DNA of 64,000 bases, taken from contig WRBV01000001.1 in the NCBI GenBank assembly GCA_009784375.1, forward strand, positions 18,546 through 82,545, written 5' to 3'. A program made the position numbers and the translations under genes. The DNA is from Bacillota bacterium. Its GTDB lineage: Bacteria > Bacillota > Clostridia > Christensenellales > UBA1242. Below are positions 55,597 to 63,709 of this stretch, piece after piece. Numbering within the stretch: the stretch's first letter is position 1; each line of letters opens with the position of its first letter. The notes below the pieces were generated by a model. It did no database searches, was not told where the DNA came from, and saw only the letters and a program-made list of their open reading frames with translations.

Positions 55597-56256
55597 GTTC
55601 TGTTTCTCCTTATTTAATTTTTTTGACTGACTGGCATATTGCCTTATCGGTCTTACCCAGCCAAAAGCAAAACCCAAAATTGCAGTCAAGGGCAACGAAC
55701 TCCTGAAAAATAGACCAATCAAAATTTGACCAGTCCATTGCTTTTCGTTGTGCGTTTTACCCCTTGACGGCGGTTTTGGGTTTTGTTACAAAAATGGTAA
55801 GACAGATAAGGCAACAATTTTGATGCTATCGTAATTGCGTCCTCACCATACGGATATGAATCATGCACTTGTCAGGTAGCGACCTGACAAACCCATTGTA
55901 TTTGTCCGTATATTGAGGGAAAGGAATTTTATTGCCAGTTCATTATACGGACAGGAATCGTACACTAGTCAAGTGGGGGCTTGACTGACCCCTACTTTTT
56001 GTCCGTATAGTGAGGGGTTGCGTTTAGTACTCATCTTGTCGGTAAGGTAAGGGGAACAACTGCCAAGAGCAAAGGCATTTGGGATTTGGACAAATGCCAA
56101 TTCCCCAACTTTATGTCATGCCAATAGCAAAAGCGGTTTAGCGAGGCGAAGGCAGGCAAAAAGTGGGGTGGCTTGTCCACCCACGTGCCTGCTCGCCTGA
56201 TCCGTGAGGGTGTAAAGTATTAGTGTTACCTTTACACCCTGCATTCTATCTTTAAC
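55597..56256. other. ~660-nt gene-free, hairpin-dense segment (candidate large structured ncRNA and/or regulatory/recombination DNA)
   Basis: Long imperfect palindrome at 55641-55812. Two tandem ~97-nt modules at 55841-56017. Hairpins at 56051-56106, 56145-56197 and 56207-56240 (11-bp perfect stem). Confidence 0.35.
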
Positions 56257-57210
56257 TTGTGGATGAGTTCAATTGTCAAGTGCCACAAGATGCTATATAC
56301 TGCTTATATGTGCAAGGGTGTTGCAAAGCCATTCTTGAAATGGGCAGGTGGTAAAGGTCAATTACTCGATAAATTCGGCAGTCTATATCCTGCTGATTTC
56401 AAAAACTATATTGAGCCATTTGTTGGTGGCGGTGCAGTTCTTTTTGACGTTTTGCAAAGATTTGACATCGAACGTGCAGTTATCATTGATTTGAATAAAG
56501 AACTCATAAACTGCTATCGCTGTATTAAAGAGAACGTTGACGAGATTATGAAACAACTTGAACAAGTTAAATCAAGATTTCTTTCATTGTCGTTAGATTA
56601 TCGAGCAAAGTTTTATTTAGAAATTCGCAAACGCTATAACGAAATCAAACTTAATGGGAACTATGACTTTGAAAAAGCAGTCGATTTCATTTTCTTGAAC
56701 AAGACCTGTTTCAATGGTTTGTATCGTGTAAACAGCAAAGGTGAATTTAACGTTCCATTTGGCAAACACAAAAACCCTTGTATATACGACCGAGATAACT
56801 TGATTCTAATTTCAAAGTTGTTGCAAAAAGTTGAAATCTTGTATGGCGATTACAAGCAATGTCTTGAATATATTGGTGATGATTCATTCTTGTATTTCGA
56901 CCCACCATATCGTCCATTGACAACTTCGGCATCATTCGTTGGTTATTCGCAAAATGGTTTCAATGATGATGACCAAAGGCAACTAGCCAACTTGATAAAG
57001 GGTCTAGACAAGCAGGGGTGCAAGGTTATGCTTTCAAACTCTGACCCTAAGAATGCTGACCCAACTGACAATTTCTTTGATGACTTATATAATGGATTTG
57101 ACATAGTTCGAATCAAAGCAAGGCGAATGATAAATTGCCAAGCGGATAAACGTGGTGACATAACAGAGATAGTTGTTCGCAACTATGAAAATGGAGGTGC
57201 AAATGATTAA
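56257..57210 (+). CDS. Dam-like (D12 class) N6-adenine DNA methyltransferase
   Basis: PFLKWAGGKGQLL, EPFVGGGAV, FYLEIR, LYFDPPY. True start uncertain (TTG 56257, ATG 56290 or ATG 56308). Confidence 0.85.
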   Translation: MWMSSIVKCHKMLYTAYMCKGVAKPFLKWAGGKGQLLDKFGSLYPADFKNYIEPFVGGGAVLFDVLQRFDIERAVIIDLNKELINCYRCIKENVDEIMKQLEQVKSRFLSLSLDYRAKFYLEIRKRYNEIKLNGNYDFEKAVDFIFLNKTCFNGLYRVNSKGEFNVPFGKHKNPCIYDRDNLILISKLLQKVEILYGDYKQCLEYIGDDSFLYFDPPYRPLTTSASFVGYSQNGFNDDDQRQLANLIKGLDKQGCKVMLSNSDPKNADPTDNFFDDLYNGFDIVRIKARRMINCQADKRGDITEIVVRNYENGGAND

Positions 57211-57742
57211 AGGTGGAAAAGGTGGTGCAAATACCAAAACTGGACTTGCTTTTGAGGGCAAGACGGATCTGATTATTTTTCTTGCGACACAAACTGGCTA
57301 TTCGGTGAGTGGCGATAAAGTTTTGTTTGACAAAGAACTTGTTGCACGAGTTTTCAAAAAGCACGCTTTCTACAATGTGTTTATGAAAGAACTTGGCATA
57401 GATTGGAAAGATCACATATCGGCACAGTTACTCCCTGATAGCTGTATTTTTGTTTTGTTGAATAACACCCTATTCATTATTGAGCAGAAGCATCAAGAGG
57501 TTTCTGGCTCTACCGACGAAAAATTGCAAACTTGCGATTTCAAACGTAAACAGTATCAAAAACTTCTTGCACCTGCAAATATCGATGTTGAGTACGTTTA
57601 CTTGCTGAGTGACTGGTTTCGTGCTGACCGATACAAGGACGTCCGTGATTATATCCATAGTGTTCATTGTCATTATTACTTTGAATATATTCCACTTGTA
57701 AAACTTGGCTTGCCCGTGCCACATGGAGAGCCGAGTGCCTGA
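57203..57742 (+). CDS. putative type II restriction endonuclease (PD-(D/E)xK), 179 aa
   Basis: Sandwiched between the two methylases with overlapping stops and starts (ATGATTAA). LPDSCIFVLLNNTLFIIEQKHQ gives PD...ExK spacing. GGAGG RBS. Confidence 0.6.
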   Translation: MIKGGKGGANTKTGLAFEGKTDLIIFLATQTGYSVSGDKVLFDKELVARVFKKHAFYNVFMKELGIDWKDHISAQLLPDSCIFVLLNNTLFIIEQKHQEVSGSTDEKLQTCDFKRKQYQKLLAPANIDVEYVYLLSDWFRADRYKDVRDYIHSVHCHYYFEYIPLVKLGLPVPHGEPSA

Positions 57743-58454
57743 CAAAGGTTTTGAACTTGAAACTAACACCGTATGGAGTTTTCCTGATCGTGGTAAATGG
57801 GCAACCCACGATGCGAAATACAGAGGGAATTTTTCGCCATTCGTTGCAAAGAATATAATTCTACGCTACTCAAAAGATGGTGACACCGTTCTTGACCAAT
57901 TTGTCGGCGGTGGAACAACTTTGGTTGAATGTAAACTGAATAATCGCAACGCAATCGGCATTGATATAAACCCAAATGCTGTGGAACTGACTAAACGCAA
58001 ACTTGACTTCAAATGCGATTGCTGTCCTGATATAAAAGTCTACAACGGCGATGCAACGTGCTTCGCTCTTGATGATGAAAGCATTGACCTTATCTGTTCG
58101 CACCCACCATATGCCAATATAATTCGATATAGTGAAGATATTGAGGGTGACTTATCACACTTGCCAATAGCACCATTTCTTGAAAAGATAGAACAAGTAG
58201 CAAAAGAGTCATATCGTGTTCTCCGCAAGGGCAAGTATTGTGTCATAGTTATGGGTGATACACGTAAAAATGGAATGGTACAACCACTCGGCTTTGAAGT
58301 CATGCAACGCTATCTATCAGCAGGTTTCAAAATCAAGGAAATCATAATCAAAGAACAGCATAACTGCAAAGCAACTGGCTTCTGGAAAACCAACAGCCAA
58401 AAGTTTAATTTCTTGTTGCTGGCTCATGAATATATTTTTGTGTTTGGAAAATAA
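57723..58454 (+). CDS. N4/N6 DNA methyltransferase (second methylase of the cassette)
   Basis: VWSFPDRG, VLDQFVGGGTT (motif I), LICSHPPY (motif IV). The start could also be 57705. Confidence 0.8.
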   Translation: MESRVPDKGFELETNTVWSFPDRGKWATHDAKYRGNFSPFVAKNIILRYSKDGDTVLDQFVGGGTTLVECKLNNRNAIGIDINPNAVELTKRKLDFKCDCCPDIKVYNGDATCFALDDESIDLICSHPPYANIIRYSEDIEGDLSHLPIAPFLEKIEQVAKESYRVLRKGKYCVIVMGDTRKNGMVQPLGFEVMQRYLSAGFKIKEIIIKEQHNCKATGFWKTNSQKFNFLLLAHEYIFVFGK

Positions 58455-58547
58455 CATCCTACTTGACTTTTGGATAAATTTTCCAAAAACACTTGACAGT
58501 CCGAATAATATACGCTAATATGGCATATAAACCATATTGGAGGTAAA

Positions 58548-59258
58548 ATGCAAATCGAAAAAATCAATCTATCAGACGAAGCATGTGTTGCTTTATCACA
58601 AATTCCAAAGGCGTTGGAATATTCGCTCTTGATACATAATGCAGACATGGTGACTACTCGCAACGCAATGGCATTAAACAATCTTGATGAGATAAGAGAG
58701 GAGTTATTGAAATACGATAGTGACAGTTTTATTGTAATGCCCAAGAAAATAGTTAACTGGAATTTGGTCATCATGTTTGATAGGGAGTCAGGATACATTC
58801 TTGAATTAGCAAGCAAAAATCTTGTAAATAACTTGCGATTGGACAAAATGAGTCCAGCACACCATATCTTGGCAATGCTCGGATTAAATCAAGATGCTCA
58901 ACCTGATATTGAGGAGTTAAGTTTTCTTGACGAACTGGGACTTGACCCAGTTGTTCAAAATGCTCGTGCGTGTAAAAAGCAAAATAAACTGCAAGGAATT
59001 ACTGCCGACGAAATTAAAGGTTATGTTATTATCGAGTATGATATATTACACGCAGTTGGAAAACTAAGAAACCTGAAAGCAACGTTGTGGTCCCCTAATA
59101 TGTCTACGTGTTCATCTGTTGATTTGTCAAAACTGATAACATACGACTATGGTTACGATGCTGGCGAACCAAGACCAAGAGCAAAAGTGAAAAGTACAAG
59201 ATTAAACCCTGTTGATGAAGTATCCCTTAAAATTGATGTCAAAGAAGATATAGTTTAA
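58548..59258 (+). CDS. hypothetical 236-aa protein
   Basis: ORF track. GGAGG RBS. No motif recognised. Confidence 0.5.
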   Translation: MQIEKINLSDEACVALSQIPKALEYSLLIHNADMVTTRNAMALNNLDEIREELLKYDSDSFIVMPKKIVNWNLVIMFDRESGYILELASKNLVNNLRLDKMSPAHHILAMLGLNQDAQPDIEELSFLDELGLDPVVQNARACKKQNKLQGITADEIKGYVIIEYDILHAVGKLRNLKATLWSPNMSTCSSVDLSKLITYDYGYDAGEPRPRAKVKSTRLNPVDEVSLKIDVKEDIV

Positions 59259-59282
59259 TCTTAGATAACAAAAGGGGGCGAC

Positions 59283-60437
59283 ATGAAAATAATAGCCGAA
59301 AAACTCAGGCAAGCAAGGGTTTTGAATAATATGTCGATGCAAGAATTGGCAAATCAAATTGGGGTAACAAAGCAAACTATATTGCAATTAGAGCAAGGGT
59401 CTACACAACCCAAAATGGATACTTTGTTCAAAATTGTTAGCGTGCTTAAATACCCACTAGATTTCTTTACGAAAGATATTACTTACAAGGCGGAAGTGCG
59501 TAATAATTTCTTTCGTTCTTTTAAGTCTGCAAGCGCATTGAATAAGTCAACATGGGAAGAAAAAGCAAGGTTGGTATATATCCTTTACAATGCAATTTTG
59601 ATGAAATATTTATCGTTGCCACAAGTTGATTTACCGCAAGACGATGACTTCCATAAAGTCGTTGAACAAAGGGATTTTGATGCCATTGCCATGCATCTGC
59701 GAAATTTTTGGGATATTGGAGTTAGACCTGTACGTAACATGGTTGGCTTGCTGGAAAGTAAGGGATTCGTCATTTCTGAGGTTTCAGGTGAGGGAAAAAT
59801 CGATGCCTTTACCCAGAGTTATAAAAATAGTAATCAACATTGCATTATCTTAGATAGTCACTATCAACTAATGGCTAGGCGTAATTTTAATTTAGCACAT
59901 GAACTAGGGCATATTGTTTTGCATAGTGGTATTGACCGTGCCGAGGTAACACTTGAAAAAGAAATGGAAATGGAAAAAGAGGCAAATAATTTTGCTTCTG
60001 CCTTTCTTATGCCAAAGCAAGAATTCATAAAAATTTTGTCAAGGGTTAGAAATATGCGCGACTTTATTCCAATTAAAGTTGATTGGTGCGTATCGATTAA
60101 GGCGATGATAGTAAGAGCAAATTCGCTTGGGATTTTTGATTTTCACCAATACACACGATTCATGCGAAATTATAGTTTTAACTTCAATTCAAAAAAAGGT
60201 GGGGAATGGTTAGATAGTGAAATTGAAGTCATTAGACCAGGGTTATTTAACCAGTCTTTGGAACTGCTTTTGGAAAGAAAAAAACTAACACCTGACACCC
60301 TGGAGCAGGAACTATCCGCAAACGGCGTCGCAATGAGTTTGAGGCAAGTTGCAGAGTTGTTATCTCTAAAAGGTGACTTCTTTTCAAAATATAATAATGG
60401 AATAGCAGAAATCATATCAATTAAGCCAAACAACTAA
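59283..60437 (+). CDS. XRE HTH fused to ImmA/IrrE-family (COG2856) zinc metallopeptidase domain
   Basis: N-terminus LRQARVLNNMSMQELANQIGVTKQTILQLEQG. HExxH motif in LAHELGHIVLH. Confidence 0.8.
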   Translation: MKIIAEKLRQARVLNNMSMQELANQIGVTKQTILQLEQGSTQPKMDTLFKIVSVLKYPLDFFTKDITYKAEVRNNFFRSFKSASALNKSTWEEKARLVYILYNAILMKYLSLPQVDLPQDDDFHKVVEQRDFDAIAMHLRNFWDIGVRPVRNMVGLLESKGFVISEVSGEGKIDAFTQSYKNSNQHCIILDSHYQLMARRNFNLAHELGHIVLHSGIDRAEVTLEKEMEMEKEANNFASAFLMPKQEFIKILSRVRNMRDFIPIKVDWCVSIKAMIVRANSLGIFDFHQYTRFMRNYSFNFNSKKGGEWLDSEIEVIRPGLFNQSLELLLERKKLTPDTLEQELSANGVAMSLRQVAELLSLKGDFFSKYNNGIAEIISIKPNN

Positions 60438-60476
60438 TTTCAGTCAAGCGTTGTGGTGCCTACTGCCACAGTATTA

Positions 60477-60674
60477 TCACTTCGGCACAAACCACCCACG
60501 CTCGTCACGAGGACGCTCTTGGTCTACTTTGACCTGCTTTGGTCTTGTAAAGGTAATTCCAGTTTTCCCATTGACAAATACGGTGTGTATCGTGGTATAA
60601 TCATTTGGATTCATAGAGTGGTTGTCGGTATTTGTCACCAGTTCGGCACGTACCACCTTTACTCCACCAACCAT
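60477..60674 (-). CDS. hypothetical 65-aa protein (weak)
   Basis: ORF track only. Locally higher GC. No RBS or family recognised. Confidence 0.3.
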   Translation of the reverse strand: MVGGVKVVRAELVTNTDNHSMNPNDYTTIHTVFVNGKTGITFTRPKQVKVDQERPRDERGWFVPK

Positions 60675-61283
60675 AAAATCATCATCTGATGATTTTTTTA
60701 TTGGTGCATAAGCATTGTATATAATATTGTTCGCTTGTTGTGTTGAGAATTTTAATGTAACATGACACTATGTCACAGTATAGTAATTTTGATTTACTAG
60801 ATGATGAAGAGTTTCTTTGGCATGGATTTTTAATCCATGCCCGTATTACATAATTTCAAATAAAAGAATTATATTGCAAATCCATCCAGAGATAAACGTA
60901 GTGCATATGTACAACAAGCTTAAAGGTGCACGGATAGTGCATGGTCTATCAGGTAAAATGATCAAACTTAGATTCAAGGGTTTTATTGGTGTCATTAACT
61001 CACTTTGGATATTTGGTAGCTTAATTGAAGACATGATTATATATCCACCAAATCCCGAAGAACTTCTTTCTATAATCAAAAGAAATATTCAAGAAACGAA
61101 CTAATATAAAAAGAATAGTAATTAAAAACATAGATTAATTTAAAGCATGATTTATACTCCCTGTGCCTACATTCTATCAACAAGCTCCCCGTAAAGATTT
61201 TGTTTACTGTAAAACCAAGGCAACAAACTGTTGCATATTTTGACTTGCTTAATTTGAGTGATTAAAATATAATTCAAAGAGTT

Positions 61284-61991
61284 ATGGAAATAGCAAACAA
61301 AATTCAAACAATACGAAAAAAGAATGGCTTGACACAAAAAGAATTTGCAGAAAAGCTCTTCGTTACACGTCAAGCGGTAACACGATGGGAAAGCGGAGAA
61401 ACCACACCAACTATTGACACACTTAAAAAGATGGTGGACATATTCAAAGTTGACACTTGCGACTTGCTTGGAACAATTTGTCAAAGTTGTACAGCCGAAC
61501 TTTGTGAACTTGATAATCTTGGATTAAACAAAGACAAATCGGTAAATATAGACTATTGCAAGTATTGCTTTGTAGATGGTAACTTGTTACCAGTAACGTT
61601 TGACGAGATGATGGATGGGTATGAAGAATACTTTGATAATCCAACACCCGAGGGTAAAGAAAAATTTCGCCAGCAGCTTGCCTCGCTCAAACGATGGAGA
61701 GATAATCAATCAAAAGGAGAATTCAAAATGAACAAAAGAGACTGTATCGCATGCAGCATGCCAATGGAAAAAGTCGAGGACTTTGCTGGAGGCGACACAA
61801 GTAAAAATTATTGCTTTCATTGCGCCAAGCAAGATGGAACAATGAAGACATACGCGGAAGTCTTGGAAGGATCTATGGCTTGGGGTATGGAAAATTTTAC
61901 GTTAATGGGATTTGAAACACAACCAACTGAAACCGAGTTGCGAAAGGCACTCGAAAGCCATATGGCAACATTGCCAGCATGGAAAAAATAG
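61284..61991 (+). CDS. XRE HTH regulator fused to two putative zinc-ribbon domains
   Basis: IRKKNGLTQKEFAEKLFVTRQAVTRWESGE, then CQSC..CKYC and CIAC..CFHC pairs. Confidence 0.75.
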   Translation: MEIANKIQTIRKKNGLTQKEFAEKLFVTRQAVTRWESGETTPTIDTLKKMVDIFKVDTCDLLGTICQSCTAELCELDNLGLNKDKSVNIDYCKYCFVDGNLLPVTFDEMMDGYEEYFDNPTPEGKEKFRQQLASLKRWRDNQSKGEFKMNKRDCIACSMPMEKVEDFAGGDTSKNYCFHCAKQDGTMKTYAEVLEGSMAWGMENFTLMGFETQPTETELRKALESHMATLPAWKK

Positions 61992-62004
61992 GAGAAAAAT
62001 AATT

Positions 62005-62430
62005 ATGAAAACAAAACTTAATACATCTTTGGTATTTAATGGAAATTGTGCCGATGCACTTGCATTCTATGAAAAAGTATTCGATGTAAAAGCAGAAATA
62101 GCAGGTCGCTACAAAGATGCACCAACATCCGATGGAATGCCTGGAGGCTTTGACAATCCAAAATACGCAAACTATATAATGCACGCAGAAATCAAGTTTA
62201 ACGAGAACCAAGAACTCCACTTTGCAGACATGCCAGACGCACCAGCATTTAACGATTCATTTGGTATATCATTGGCATTCGATACCGTTGAAAAAGCAAA
62301 GCAAATATTCAAAGAACTATCCCAAGGTGGAAAAATTGTCCAAGATATTGGTGAAACATTTTGGAGTAAGTGTTTTGGTAATTGTAAAGATAAATTCGGT
62401 GTTGATTGGATGATTTCTGTCATAGAATAA
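62005..62430 (+). CDS. VOC/PhnB-like (3-demethylubiquinone-9 3-methyltransferase domain) protein
   Basis: MKTKLNTSLVFNGNCADALAFYEKVF...MHAEIKF..LHFADM...FGVDWMI. The track ORF starts upstream at 61912. Confidence 0.65.
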   Translation: MKTKLNTSLVFNGNCADALAFYEKVFDVKAEIAGRYKDAPTSDGMPGGFDNPKYANYIMHAEIKFNENQELHFADMPDAPAFNDSFGISLAFDTVEKAKQIFKELSQGGKIVQDIGETFWSKCFGNCKDKFGVDWMISVIE

Positions 62431-62505
62431 TAATTTAAGTCACAATTTAACAAAAGCTTAAAAAAAGAGCCACATGGCTCTTTTTATCTAACATATGGTA
62501 ATTAA

Positions 62506-63249
62506 CTATCTCTGGTTTCCAATAACACTTCCGTCTGCACCAATCACCACAAAGAACAATTCACCCGTGTTGGTTACAAATTGAACAAACCAAAATGCCG
62601 ATATATTCGCTTGGTCTGTGATAATCTTTACATACGTTTCGAATCTTTGTGCCGATTTGATATCAGATTCAAGATGTTCAACCGCAATCTTTAACGCATC
62701 TTCCCAGCCAATTGCGTCTTCTGGCATAGAATTTTTAAGTTCAAAAACCACTCTGTAATCATTTTCAAGTATAAGTGTAAATGTTATGGTTGTATTTGCA
62801 TTCACCGAACGACCTATATCTGTTGCAAAGTTTCGACCGAACTGGTTTCTTTCAAGTGTCACATCAATCGGAGTATCCTCACCAAGTTGCAATGTTCCAC
62901 GTAATTCTACGTCATTCAAATGATTTGCATTTTTTGGTTCAATATTTAACAATGCAAATGGAATTGTTCTGCCTGCGACCCCATCCATTTGGTAATTTTC
63001 TTCACGCAAGCCTGAGAAAAATTGGACACGCACATTGTCGCTGTCCGCTTGCTTCATAAAAAATCGAGCTTCTGCAAGATTATCAAGGGCAACTTGGTAA
63101 AGACTTCTTGTACCTGTTGATAATGTTACAACCAACACAAAAACACCTATGACCGCAACAACAGCAGACAATGCAATGATTTTACGCTTTTTACTTCTTG
63201 GTTTTGCTTCCCGAACTTTTTCTCTTTTGCGGAATTTGAAAAGCTTCAT
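62506..63249 (-). CDS. membrane-anchored hypothetical protein
   Basis: Basic N-terminus plus a single TM segment (IIALSAVVAVIGVFVLVV). The C-terminal ~60 aa is PepSY-like by eye. Confidence 0.5.
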   Translation of the reverse strand: MKLFKFRKREKVREAKPRSKKRKIIALSAVVAVIGVFVLVVTLSTGTRSLYQVALDNLAEARFFMKQADSDNVRVQFFSGLREENYQMDGVAGRTIPFALLNIEPKNANHLNDVELRGTLQLGEDTPIDVTLERNQFGRNFATDIGRSVNANTTITFTLILENDYRVVFELKNSMPEDAIGWEDALKIAVEHLESDIKSAQRFETYVKIITDQANISAFWFVQFVTNTGELFFVVIGADGSVIGNQR

Positions 63250-63342
63250 AGTACCTCCATTTGACTATTGATATTAATCCTAAGATGCAAAAAATGACAA
63301 AAATATTGACAAGGTCATTTTGTCGACCAATATTGCATTGTC

Positions 63343-63639
63343 TTGTATATGGAAATGATTTTTATGCCTATGGTTTCGGTGCTTGTATATTCATTTATGG
63401 AATTCTATAAATCCATTGTCGGTAATCGACCAAAGCTCCGCGCACTTATCCCTTTAAACTCTATGTTCTTAGGGGCACTTATTGGAACAATGCTTTACTT
63501 TTTCATACCAAACATAGTCCTTATGCCAGACATTGGCACAGCAATCATTTTTGGTGCAATAAGTGGACTTGGTGCAACAGGATGCCACCAAGCTATTAAA
63601 CAGGTTTCGAAAAATCTTCATCACGTTGATAAAGATTGA
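63343..63639 (+). CDS. small 3-TM membrane protein, holin-like
   Basis: GAISGLGATGCHQAIKQ resembles phi-LC3/LL-H-type holin C-termini. Weak call. Confidence 0.4.
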   Translation: MYMEMIFMPMVSVLVYSFMEFYKSIVGNRPKLRALIPLNSMFLGALIGTMLYFFIPNIVLMPDIGTAIIFGAISGLGATGCHQAIKQVSKNLHHVDKD

Positions 63640-63709
63640 TTGACACAAGTAATCTCTTTTTGATATTATTATATACAATTAGAGATAATATCTACAGAGG
63701 AGGAAAGTT

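Larger units (their letters stand above)
54001..60700. mobile_element. putative integrated island at the tRNA-Val 3' end (serine recombinase, structured non-coding segment, R-M cassette, XRE-ImmA module); right boundary not defined
   Basis: The recombinase stop codon lies inside the tRNA acceptor arm. The cargo is typical of defence islands. No flanking repeat was found. Confidence 0.4.

Noticed and set aside
55841-56017. The tandem repeats considered as a CRISPR array, a type III toxin-antitoxin RNA repeat, or a retron msr/msd
   Set aside because: There are only two ~97-nt units, with no unique spacers. No cas genes, reverse transcriptase or adjacent toxin-like endoribonuclease is present, and the next gene is a Dam-like methylase.
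60817-61104. A 95-aa + strand ORF and the overlapping 77-aa minus-strand ORF in the AT-rich stretch
   Set aside because: Neither has an RBS. Both are AT-rich and Ile/Asn/Lys-biased, they mutually overlap, and they more likely lie in non-coding island-boundary sequence.
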